In this document: positions 1-10,296 of the stretch, piece by piece
Position numbering within the stretch: position 1 is the first letter of the stretch
Layout of the letters: each line of letters begins with the position of its first letter
Source: Octopus bimaculoides
Taxonomy: Eukaryota
NCBI RefSeq assembly: GCF_001194135.2
Contig: NC_069000.1
Location: 35,580,520 to 35,631,542 of the forward strand
Direction of reading: 5' to 3'
Length of the DNA: 51,023 nt
Translations under genes and position numbers: made by a program
The notes under the pieces: generated by a model
What the model saw: only the letters and a program-made list of their open reading frames with translations
Told to the model about the DNA's origin: nothing
Database searches by the model: none

Positions 1-16
1 TATATATATATATATA

Positions 17-249
17 TTGGGTTGTCCGGAAAGTTCGTTCCGATTTATAGTAGCTTACCTTTCGACTTATTTGCCATGAATCCACCTCAATTCTTTTAAG
101 AGGGTATTTTCAAGTTAAAGGAAAGATGGGGACGCATTGTGCAGCACCAAAATGGTTCATATTTGGTTGATTAAAAATGTAATGGCAAGTATCTATTGAC
201 TTTTTTTCTTTTCCTTTAAAAATCGGCACGAACTTTCCGGACAGCCTAA
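17..249 (+). mobile_element. Tc1/mariner-derived MITE with both terminal inverted repeats
   Basis: 30-bp TIRs: ttgggttgtccggaaagttcgttccgattt (17-46) and aaatcggcacgaactttccggacagcctaa (220-249), with 3 mismatches. TA dinucleotides flank it at 15-16 and 250-251. The interior encodes a mariner C-terminal remnant, GIFKLKERWGRIVQHQNGSYLVD*. Confidence 0.85.
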
Positions 250-640
250 TATTACACAACATATTTGTATGCTGTATAATTTTTGATACAAGCACAACAT
301 CAATTTTCAGGAACTTTCGGTTAGAAAACTTTTTCCAGATTATTTTTGCTTTTTATTCTGAGTTGGTCACCTTTAAATTAAGCAAATTTTAAATTTCCTT
401 AAATAGTTAAATGAAATAAAGGTACCTGTATATTAGTATAGGTGATACGGATTTATTAATACTGTACAGTGAAAGGTACAGGGAAGTAGCGCCGCATAGT
501 GAACTAGTCTGGTGACCATGTATGTGTGTGCGCGCGTGCGAGAGCGTATGTATGATAGTTTCATTTTAAGTTCCTGTTTTGTTCGTGCATTTTTCTCTCT
601 TTTCAATTTAGTAATATCCATAATTCAAAAACAATTTCTT

Positions 641-1591
641 TCATATTGTACCGTTTTCGGGAGTGATCGTATTGTTTGAGTGCCTTCGACAGCAGGCGTT
701 AAATCTTTTGCTAAACATTGACGAAATCGTCTTCCGAAAGAGGCTGTTGGTTAGATATGTAAGGAAACCGAACGTATTGCGAATGTAGAGAAGTATATTG
801 CAAACGATGTTGAAATCTAAATCTTGCGAACCAGAAATACTAAAGATTGCTGTAGGAATAGATGTGACCAAGTAAACTATATTTATAGCGAATATAAGCG
901 TCACATTGCGTGTTGCACTAGCCGTCACAGAATTGGGGTTGTTATTCACCCGGCGATATTTAGCGCTGGACTCGCAGCAGAAGAATCCTAACCGATATAA
1001 AAGGCTTATGTCCAAAATTAAGATTAGAAAAGTGGGTAGAATGAACGTGCTGATCGCCTGTAGTTTCAGCCACGTGATATAAACTTGAAGATAGGGCGAT
1101 TTAAGGTCACAGCAGATGAAACGTTTAATGTTCATTTGATTGCCTTTGTCTAAATCGTACAAGAGGTGGGAATTTATGAGAAGAACGAATATCATAAAAC
1201 ATACCACTTCCAGAATTGATCTTCGCTGGCTTTTCGTCTGACCGAGACTGCTGAGTGGACGATATATCAACCAAGTTCGCTGAAACGTAACAATTATCAA
1301 AAACCATGGTTCCATCATGCCGAACGAGACGGCAATCCATTGGCGAAATTTGCACAAGACATCGCCGACTTTTTTATCATGTGGATAATCCGAATAAATG
1401 TACCATTTCCACAGCAACGACGTGTAAAGAAGGGCGATGTCTATGAGTGAAGTGAAGAACATGATTATTGTATTGGGTGAACGACGCAAATCTTTATTCC
1501 TCAAGAAAATTATCATGACTAAGAGGTTGCCCAAAGTTCCGATGATGACATATACTAGAGGGAAAACCTTCCAGATAATCATAACATCCAT
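641..1591 (-). CDS. Intronless class A (rhodopsin-like) 7TM GPCR; orphan peptide-receptor-like or molluscan chemoreceptor-like, 316 aa
   Basis: Uninterrupted ORF with seven hydrophobic segments. TM1 GxxGN (IGTLGNLL), TM2 Asp (SLID), TM3 Cys (CKF), and FQRT plus a downstream Pro at the DRY position. ECL2 Cys (FICCD), TM5 Pro (FILP), TM6 Pro (TSIP), TM7 FGFLTY, and helix-8 FRKTI. In-frame stops just upstream support ATG 1591 as the start. Confidence 0.9.
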   Translation of the reverse strand: MDVMIIWKVFPLVYVIIGTLGNLLVMIIFLRNKDLRRSPNTIIMFFTSLIDIALLYTSLLWKWYIYSDYPHDKKVGDVLCKFRQWIAVSFGMMEPWFLIIVTFQRTWLIYRPLSSLGQTKSQRRSILEVVCFMIFVLLINSHLLYDLDKGNQMNIKRFICCDLKSPYLQVYITWLKLQAISTFILPTFLILILDISLLYRLGFFCCESSAKYRRVNNNPNSVTASATRNVTLIFAINIVYLVTSIPTAIFSISGSQDLDFNIVCNILLYIRNTFGFLTYLTNSLFRKTISSMFSKRFNACCRRHSNNTITPENGTI

Positions 1592-1612
1592 GCTGCTTTT
1601 GTGGCTCTATTA

Positions 1613-1668
1613 CTGTCGGCTGTCGGCTGTCGGCTGTCGGCTGTCGACTGTCGGCTGTCGACTGTCGC
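1613..1668. repeat. 7-bp tandem repeat (CTGTCGG) x8 upstream of the GPCR ATG
   Basis: Read directly: ctgtcgg x4, ctgtcga, ctgtcgg, ctgtcga, ctgtcgc. Confidence 0.95.
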
Positions 1669-2677
1669 AACCAAAGCCTGTCTCGGTTACAAACTGACCT
1701 CGCTTTGGTGTCGTAATCAAGCTGAGGAAGATTCTTCCACTGTTATTGCTACCGAGCTCTGTATGAGATGAAATGGTGGTGGCGGTTATGGCGGCGGCGG
1801 CAGCGACTGCAGTGACGACGTAGATATTAATAATCGGCGGAGTGATGGTCGTTATGATGGTGGCGGTATTGGAAATAAGGGTGATGTTGATATTTGTGCT
1901 GGCCGTGTAGGACAGAATAGATAGTTGTGTTAGTAGTGATGATGCTGNNNNNNNNNNNNNNNNNNNNNNNNNNNNNNNNNNNNNNNNNNNNNNNNNNNNN
2001 NNNNNNNNNNNNNNNNNNNNNNNNNNNNNNNNNNNNNNNNNNNNNNNNNNNNNNNNNNNNNNNNNNNNNNNNNNNNNNNNNNNNNNNNNNNNNNNNNNNN
2101 NNNNNNNNNNNNNNNNNNNNNNNNNNNNNNNNNNNNNNNNNNNNNNNNNNNNNNNNNNNNNNNNNNNNNNNNNNNNNNNNNNNNNNNNNNNNNNNNNNNN
2201 NNNNNNNNNNNNNNNNNNNNNNNNNNNNNNNNNNNNNNNNNNNNNNNNNNNNNNNNNNNNNNNNNNNNNNNNNNNNNNNNNNNNNNNNNNNNNNNNNNNN
2301 NNNNNNNNNNNNNNNNNNNNNNNNNNNNNNNNNNNNNNNNNNNNNNNNNNNNNNNNNNNNNNNNNNNNNNNNNNNNNNNNNNNNNNNNNNNNNNNNNNNN
2401 NNNNNNNNNNNNNNNNNNNNNNNNNNNNNNNNNNNNNNNNNNNNNNNNNNNNNNNNNNNNNNNNNNNNNNNNNNNNNNNNNNNNNNNNNNNNNNNNNNNN
2501 NNNNNNNNNNNNNNNNNNNNNNNNNNNNNNNNNNNNNNNNNNNNNNNNNNNNNNNNNNNNNNNGGTGGTGGTACTTCTAGTGTTCGTGGGGCTCGTGGAG
2601 GTGGTAATGGCAGTGATGATGATGGTGGTGGTGGTGGTTTGATGACAGTAATCACATTGTTGTAGCAACATTTATGC

Positions 2678-2687
2678 AGTAGTAGTG

Positions 2688-2754
<67 letters not shown>

Positions 2755-2760
2755 CAATAG
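2678..2760. repeat. Compound (CAG)n/(TAG)n trinucleotide microsatellite
   Basis: Read directly from the sequence. Confidence 0.95.
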
Positions 2761-4014
2761 CAGTAGCTTTAGCCCTTGGTCAGTTCTGACTGAGCAGCAC
2801 TATGATCCAAGACCTTCCGACCGCGACAAACTCGCTTTTGCTGTGCGTTTTTTAAAGGTATAGTGCATATAAGACTGCATTAAGTAACGCCTCTTACATT
2901 TATTTTCTTCTTGTATTAATTATATTTGTGTGTGTGTGTGCATGTGTGTGTGTGTGTGTGTGTGTGTATTCATATATGACTGTAGGTATGTATGCATGTA
3001 TATATACATGTATATACATATATGTCTGTGTATGTATATATATANNNNNNNNNNNNNNNNNNNNNNNNNNNNNNNNNNNNNNNNNNNNNNNNNNNNNNNN
3101 NNNNNNNNNNNNNNNNNNNNNNNNNNNNNNNNNNNNNNNNNNNNNNNNNNNNNNNNNNNNNNNNNNNNNNNNNNNNNNNNNNNNNNNNNNNNNNNNNNNN
3201 NNNNNNNNNNNNNNNNNNNNNNNNNNNNNNNNNNNNNNNNNNNNNNNNNNNNNNNNNNNNNNNNNNNNNNNNNNNNNNNNNNNNNNNNNNNNNNNNNNNN
3301 NNNNNNNNNNNNNNNNNNNNNNNNNNNNNNNNNNNNNNNNNNNNNNNNNNNNNNNNNNNNNNNNNNNNNNNNNNNNNNNNNNNNNNNNNNNNNNNNNNNN
3401 NNNNNNNNNNNNNNNNNNNNNNNNNNNNNNNNNNNNNNNNNNNNNNNNNNNNNNNNNNNNNNNNNNNNNNNNNNNNNNNNNNNNNNNNNNNNNNNNNNNN
3501 NNNNNNNNNNNNNNNNNNNNNNNNNNNNNNNNNNNNNNNNNNNNNNNNNNNNNNNNNNNNNNNNNNNNNNNNNNNNNNNNNNNNNNNNNNNNNNNNNNNN
3601 NNNNNNNNNNNNNNNNNNNNNNNNNNNNNNNNNNNNNNNNNNNNNNNNNNNNNNNNNNNNNNNNNNNNNNNNNNNNNNNNNNNNNNNNNNNNNNNNNNNN
3701 NNNNNNNNNNNNNNNNNNNNNNNNNNNNNNNNNNNNNNNNNNNNNNNNNNNNNNNNNNNNNNNNNNNNNNNNNNNNNNNNNNNNNNNNNNNNNNNNNNNN
3801 NNNNNNNNNNNNNNNNNNNNNNNNNNNNNNNNNNNNNNNNNNNNNNNNNNNNNNNNNNNNNNNNNNNNNNNNNNNNNNNNNNNNNNNNNNNNNNNNNNNN
3901 NNNNNNNNNNNNNNNNNNNNNNNNNNNNNNNNNNNNNNNNNNNNNNNNNNNNNNNNNNNNNNNNNNNNNNNNNNNNNNNNNNNNNNNNNNNNNNNNNNNN
4001 NNNNNNNNNNNNNN

Positions 4015-4060
4015 TAAATTTCAGGCCTTGTGCTTATAATAGAAAGGATTATTATTATTA
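4015..4060 (+). mobile_element. 3' tail of a family-A SINE ending in (ATT)n; body hidden in the gap
   Basis: aaatttcaggccttgtgcttataatagaaagg matches the tails of family-A copies at 41305-41340 and, in reverse, 29062-29095 and 33413-33440. Confidence 0.65.
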
Positions 4061-4077
4061 TAAATATTATTATTATT

Positions 4078-4850
4078 CCTTCGTAACACAGTGTAGGTAA
4101 AAATGCTCCGGAGTCTTTAGTCATCTGTCAAGTCACAACAAGGATCTCAGACAGATAATACTTTCCTTAAGATGTGCGCTGTACCCAATAAGGCTGCTTT
4201 TTTGCAAGATATCAATCTTGCCTGGGATTTCCAGTTGCCTTAAGAAGTCAATGGGATGGATCCCAACGCGCTGATCACCACTGGTGTCACTTTTACATTA
4301 CCCTCTCGCATTCCATAGAGTCTTGCTATTTCCACTTTCAATTCGGAGTATTAAGGTAAATTTTCAACCTCTTTACTCACAACATTCATGTCATTTGGTA
4401 TGGCTACATCAATGATCTGACAGAATTTGTCTCTCTTACTCAATATGACAATATCCGCCGACGGTGTTCGATTACATGATCCGCCTGAAAATCATAGTCC
4501 CAGAGTATCGTTACTTTTCCTTCCTCCTGCATAACTTTACTTGGTACATGCTCGTACCAGTTCTCCGTTACTTCATATTGGTATTCACGGCATAAGAGCC
4601 AATGAAGATACACACACATTTTATCGTGGGGGCGCTTGTATTCTTTTTGTGCAAGGCTTTCACATCCACTTCCCATGTGGGTCACATTTTCCACACTCTT
4701 TCCACAGAGTCTGCATTTCTGGGTGTCAGAAGTTGTATAGATATTATACTTCACTGAATTGGTAGCGAGAGCCTGGTCTTGTGCAGCAATGATCAGGATT
4801 TCGGTGGTACGCTTCAAATCAGGACAGATATTAAGACTGGGATTCGCAGG
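4078..4850 (-). mobile_element. 5'-truncated R4/Dong-clade non-LTR retrotransposon (CCHC knuckle plus restriction-like endonuclease), decayed
   Basis: Minus-strand translation: [32 protein letters not shown] (knuckle), then PDIVI..IIDVAIP..YSELKVEIARL..VTPVVISALG..ILQKAALLGTAHILRKVL* (RLE), with frameshifts and a stop. A short 3'UTR ends in (TAA)n. Confidence 0.9.
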
Positions 4851-4869
4851 GGAGAAGAAAAACAAATAA

Positions 4870-4924
<55 letters not shown>

Positions 4925-5024
4925 CATATATATACATATATATATATACATATATATACATATATATATATACATATATATATATACATATATATACATA
5001 TATATATATACATATATATATATA
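4870..5024. repeat. (TACA)n/(TA)n compound microsatellite running into a gap
   Basis: Read directly from the sequence. Confidence 0.95.
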
Positions 5025-5300
5025 NNNNNNNNNNNNNNNNNNNNNNNNNNNNNNNNNNNNNNNNNNNNNNNNNNNNNNNNNNNNNNNNNNNNNNNNNNNN
5101 NNNNNNNNNNNNNNNNNNNNNNNNNNNNNNNNNNNNNNNNNNNNNNNNNNNNNNNNNNNNNNNNNNNNNNNNNNNNNNNNNNNNNNNNNNNNNNNNNNNN
5201 NNNNNNNNNNNNNNNNNNNNNNNNNNNNNNNNNNNNNNNNNNNNNNNNNNNNNNNNNNNNNNNNNNNNNNNNNNNNNNNNNNNNNNNNNNNNNNNNNNNN

Positions 5301-5715
5301 AATAACAGTTCCCAAAAGGTGGAAGAAATATAACATTAACTAGATTTATCCGTGGAAAGAAAATTTTGCGAAAAAGAACCACGGTAACCTCGGAAACGAA
5401 AAAGAAAAACATTAACATGAGAGCAAGGCGCTCTTTCTCTCTTTATTTTATAGGTTCATGCTCAAGGTGGTTCCGTCATTTATTCGTACCATCCTTGACA
5501 CATTCACCCACCTTTCATGAGACAAAATTTCTCTCTCTATTCTCAACTTCCTCTTCAAGTGATATTTGAAGAAGCTGATGAGAAGTTGGCCAGAGAGGAA
5601 AATGTTTGTCTCTAAACCTTTCGCACGAGTCCACCACACATATTCTTTCACCATAGCCACCAGTACTATGAAAACTACCTTGCCTTCCCTGTTAAAGGGA
5701 AATCCAAAGTCCAGT
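5301..5715 (-). mobile_element. 3' end of a Tx1/L1-like LINE ORF2 plus 3'UTR
   Basis: Minus-strand peptide VLVAMVKEYVWWTRAKGL..LISFFKYHLKRKLRIERE..ERWVNV resembles the C-terminal K..VW..R / ER..RW region of Tx1/L1 ORF2. Recognised by pattern, not by search. Confidence 0.6.
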
Positions 5716-6342
5716 GCATGGATGCAGGATCCGTAGAAGAAAGTGTAGGTTTATAAGTCGAGCTAATACAGTATAATATAAAAAACGGATAGATACTTGT
5801 AAGGTATGAAATCATTTCTGACATACTTATACAGACGATATATATATATATATAGAATATATATATACAGTATGTCCCAGAATTAATTATTTATTTCAAT
5901 GAAGTCGGGCGAATTTGTTTAAAAAATGACAGAATTTTACATGTATTATTTAATTATGATACCAAATCAAATTGATTTCAAATCTATCCTTAGTGTTGCG
6001 AAACAGATTTTGAAACATTTCCGGAGCTACCTCCTGTAATGCTAACTGAATGTATTCTTTCAGCTAAACAATTGCTCCATCCTAGGGATGGAGGTAGAGA
6101 AAATGATTGCAGCCAGATTCAAAACAAGCTGCCGTGGACAGATAAGCGGGATCCAACAGGAATGAAATTGAAATTATAAAATATTATGAAAATTATAAAA
6201 TCATAAACAAAATTTAAAATTTATACAATACACTTTTAACATATAATCAACATAATAAACATAAATAAAAATAAGTTTTTTAAAAATTGTTTGATTTCAT
6301 TGAAATAGATAGTTAATTCTAGAATTCTGGGACACACACACA

Positions 6343-6394
<52 letters not shown>

Positions 6395-7443
6395 NNNNNN
6401 NNNNNNNNNNNNNNNNNNNNNNNNNNNNNNNNNNNNNNNNNNNNNNNNNNNNNNNNNNNNNNNNNNNNNNNNNNNNNNNNNNNNNNNNNNNNNNNNNNNN
6501 NNNNNNNNNNNNNNNNNNNNNNNNNNNNNNNNNNNNNNNNNNNNNNNNNNNNNNNNNNNNNNNNNNNNNNNNNNNNNNNNNNNNNNNNNNNNNNNNNNNN
6601 NNNNNNNNNNNNNNNNNNNNNNNNNNNNNNNNNNNNNNNNNNNNNNNNNNNNNNNNNNNNNNNNNNNNNNNNNNNNNNNNNNNNNNNNNNNNNNNNNNNN
6701 NNNNNNNNNNNNNNNNNNNNNNNNNNNNNNNNNNNNNNNNNNNNNNNNNNNNNNNNNNNNNNNNNNNNNNNNNNNNNNNNNNNNNNNNNNNNNNNNNNNN
6801 NNNNNNNNNNNNNNNNNNNNNNNNNNNNNNNNNNNNNNNNNNNNNNNNNNNNNNNNNNNNNNNNNNNNNNNNNNNNNNNNNNNNNNNNNNNNNNNNNNNN
6901 NNNNNNNNNNNNNNNNNNNNNNNNNNNNNNNNNNNNNNNNNNNNNNNNNNNNNNNNNNNNNNNNNNNNNNNNNNNNNNNNNNNNNNNNNNNNNNNNNNNN
7001 NNNNNNNNNNNNNNNNNNNNNNNNNNNNNNNNNNNNNNNNNNNNNNNNNNNNNNNNNNNNNNNNNNNNNNNNNNNNNNNNNNNNNNNNNNNNNNNNNNNN
7101 NNNNNNNNNNNNNNNNNNNNNNNNNNNNNNNNNNNNNNNNNNNNNNNNNNNNNNNNNNNNNNNNNNNNNNNNNNNNNNNNNNNNNNNNNNNNNNNNNNNN
7201 NNNNNNNNNNNNNNNNNNNNNNNNNNNNNNNNNNNNNNNNNNNNNNNNNNNNNNNNNNNNNNNNNNNNNNNNNNNNNNNNNNNNNNNNNNNNNNNNNNNN
7301 NNNNTGACAGGGACACAGTGAAATGAAAAGAGGAGGGAAAAAAGCAATAATTATAACGATATAAAATAAAGAGACCTGTTCATCCTCAAAATTTATTTCC
7401 TGTTATTTTATAATTTCATACCCCATATTTTTATGGTTATTAC

Positions 7444-7528
7444 GACCTACACGTGTTTCAACTGCGCAGAGCATGTGCAGTTGAATATTCGACCGGGAAT
7501 AATTTTATGTGCAGCTTTGCTCAGGGTC
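7444..7528 (-). ncRNA. Type I minimal hammerhead ribozyme motif, probably inactivated (G8C)
   Basis: Minus strand reads gacc CUGAGCA a agcugc...gcaguu GAAAC ACGU GUA gguc. Stem I is a perfect 4 bp (gacc/gguc), stem II is 6 bp, and stem III is 2 bp with a palindromic ACGU loop. Confidence 0.7.
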
Positions 7529-7741
7529 TGTTCACCAGCTAGTCTCGAATACTGTATTAATACTGTTTTCTATCGTGTTGTTCTAATTGTTTTATTAAAT
7601 TGCCTTGTTTGACTAGAGATGTCCCATCGAATACAACATCGGAACGTGTCTGTATGTCCAACCAAACTTGGATGTAGTCATAGGTGAGTACGTACACACA
7701 AATGCGTACATGTATGTGTGGAGTCATATACTTATATATAA

Positions 7742-8166
7742 ACATCTGTGCATCAAAAAGTTCCCGGACTAGTTCTGTAGCACTTTAACACATGGCAGCA
7801 CATGGCTGCACGTGCAGTGAGAGCCAGCAGTGACATTCATGAGGCAGTATGGCGTGCTGAGTGACGACGCAGGGTTTACTTCGTGAGTTGTGAAATTTGT
7901 TTTTGTGATCACGTGTATGCTGTAGTCTGTGATTTTGTCATGAACAGGAACAAAGAACCAACGTGAAATTTTGTGCTAAACTTGGGAAGTCTGCTACAGA
8001 GACATTGATCATGCTTCGGCAAGCTTACGGTGAATAGACAATGGGTCGTACGTAATGTTACGAGTGGCACGGGTGTTTCAAAAGCGGAAGAACGACCCTG
8101 GAAGACGATGAGCGATCTGGGAGACCTTCTGCGCGCGTCACCCTCGGAAATATGGTATTGTGCAGC
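7742..8166 (+). mobile_element. Mariner transposon 5' fragment (TIR remnant plus HTH), decayed, runs into a gap
   Basis: TIR-like gtgcatcaaaaagttcccggact. Peptide NVKFCAKLGKSATETLIMLRQAYGE*TMGRT*CYEWHGCFKSGRTTLEDDERSGRPS is typical of the mariner/SETMAR-like HTH region. Confidence 0.85.
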
Positions 8167-9042
8167 NNNNNNNNNNNNNNNNNNNNNNNNNNNNNNNNNN
8201 NNNNNNNNNNNNNNNNNNNNNNNNNNNNNNNNNNNNNNNNNNNNNNNNNNNNNNNNNNNNNNNNNNNNNNNNNNNNNNNNNNNNNNNNNNNNNNNNNNNN
8301 NNNNNNNNNNNNNNNNNNNNNNNNNNNNNNNNNNNNNNNNNNNNNNNNNNNNNNNNNNNNNNNNNNNNNNNNNNNNNNNNNNNNNNNNNNNNNNNNNNNN
8401 NNNNNNNNNNNNNNNNNNNNNNNNNNNNNNNNNNNNNNNNNNNNNNNNNNNNNNNNNNNNNNNNNNNNNNNNNNNNNNNNNNNNNNNNNNNNNNNNNNNN
8501 NNNNNNNNNNNNNNNNNNNNNNNNNNNNNNNNNNNNNNNNNNNNNNNNNNNNNNNNNNNNNNNNNNNNNNNNNNNNNNNNNNNNNNNNNNNNNNNNNNNN
8601 NNNNNNNNNNNNNNNNNNNNNNNNNNNNNNNNNNNNNNNNNNNNNNNNNNNNNNNNNNNNNNNNNNNNNNNNNNNNNNNNNNNNNNNNNNNNNNNNNNNN
8701 NNNNNNNNNNNNNNNNNNNNNNNNNNNNNNNNNNNNNNNNNNNNNNNNNNNNNNNNNNNNNNNNNNNNNNNNNNNNNNNNNNNNNNNNNNNNNNNNNNNN
8801 NNNNNNNNNNNNNNNNNNNNNNNNNNNNNNNNNNNNNNNNNNNNNNNNNNNNNNNNNNNNNNNNNNNNNNNNNNNNNNNNNNNNNNNNNNNNNNNNNNNN
8901 NNNNNNNNNNNNNNNNNNNNNNNNNNNNNNNNNNNNNNNNNNNNNNNNNNNNNNNNNNNNNNNNNNNNNNNNNNNNNNNNNNNNNNNNNNNNNNNNNNNN
9001 NNNNNNNNNNNNNNNNNNNNNNNNNNNNNNNNNNNNNNNNNN

Positions 9043-9073
<31 letters not shown>

Positions 9074-9526
9074 CTCATGTTGTAGTATATGTATGTGTGT
9101 ATGTACCATGGCCACTGAGAGATATACGACCAACAAAAGCGGCTAACCCAGTCACGCGGAACCGGCTGTGCCTCGACTCACAGCATGAAAGAAAAGATGC
9201 CTGGACCGATATCAAAGAGTTTAATGACATCTTAACTGCTCCACAAGAGTGGGTGCGTCAGTAGCTCTAGGTATGTACTGATGCTTATAATTTTTTCTTT
9301 ATTGTATAATTTGTATAATTGTATAATTCTCATATACTTCTTATTTTTCTTATTTACTCCCCGTCTTTTATTTAATACTGAAGAAATGTAGACAAGTAAT
9401 CAGCAACATTGCAATGGAATATGTCCCTAGCCATTCTTGCCCAACGGCTTAAACCTACGCTCACTAACAACATGCCGTATTGAAATCGAGCGAAACAGAT
9501 TTATATAACGAGAGACCCCTTATAAT

Positions 9527-9634
9527 ATCACCTGAGGAGATGCATCTGCACCGAGGGATGCACCACAACTAGTTGTACTACTGTATCCCACTCGCAAAGT
9601 ATCGATACAGGATGGGTCGAAACGATCGTTTTGA
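9527..9634 (+). ncRNA. Type I minimal hammerhead ribozyme motif with a long structured stem II loop
   Basis: CUGAGGA at 9532-9538. Stem II gaugcaucu/ggauggguc (9 positions, 1 mismatch). GAAAC at 9619-9623, palindromic GAUC loop, then GUU. Stem I ucac/uuga is partly decayed. Confidence 0.7.
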
Positions 9635-9682
9635 GCAATGAAGCTTATCGTGTATTCCATTTTCTGTCTCTATCATTTGTTT

Positions 9683-9753
<71 letters not shown>

Positions 9754-10296
9754 NNNNNNNNNNNNNNNNNNNNNNNNNNNNNNNNNNNNNNNNNNNNNNN
9801 NNNNNNNNNNNNNNNNNNNNNNNNNNNNNNNNNNNNNNNNNNNNNNNNNNNNNNNNNNNNNNNNNNNNNNNNNNNNNNNNNNNNNNNNNNNNNNNNNNNN
9901 NNNNNNNNNNNNNNNNNNNNNNNNNNNNNNNNNNNNNNNNNNNNNNNNNNNNNNNNNNNNNNNNNNNNNNNNNNNNNNNNNNNNNNNNNNNNNNNNNNNN
10001 NNNNNNNNNNNNNNNNNNNNNNNNNNNNNNNNNNNNNNNNNNNNNNNNNNNNNNNNNNNNNNNNNNNNNNNNNNNNNNNNNNNNNNNNNNNNNNNNNNNN
10101 NNNNNNNNNNNNNNNNNNNNNNNNNNNNNNNNNNNNNNNNNNNNNNNNNNNNNNNNNNNNNNNNNNNNNNNNNNNNNNNNNNNNNNNNNNNNNNNNNNNN
10201 NNNNNNNNNNNNNNNNNNNNNNNNNNNNNNNNNNNNNNNNNNNNNNNNNNNNNNNNNNNNNNNNNNNNNNNNNNNNNNNNNNNNNNNNNNNNNNNA

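Noticed and set aside
1125-1697. ORFs 1125-1355 (-) and 1437-1697 (+) overlapping the GPCR
   Set aside because: These are alternative-frame or antisense shadows of the GPCR and the 7-bp repeat, with no recognisable domain.
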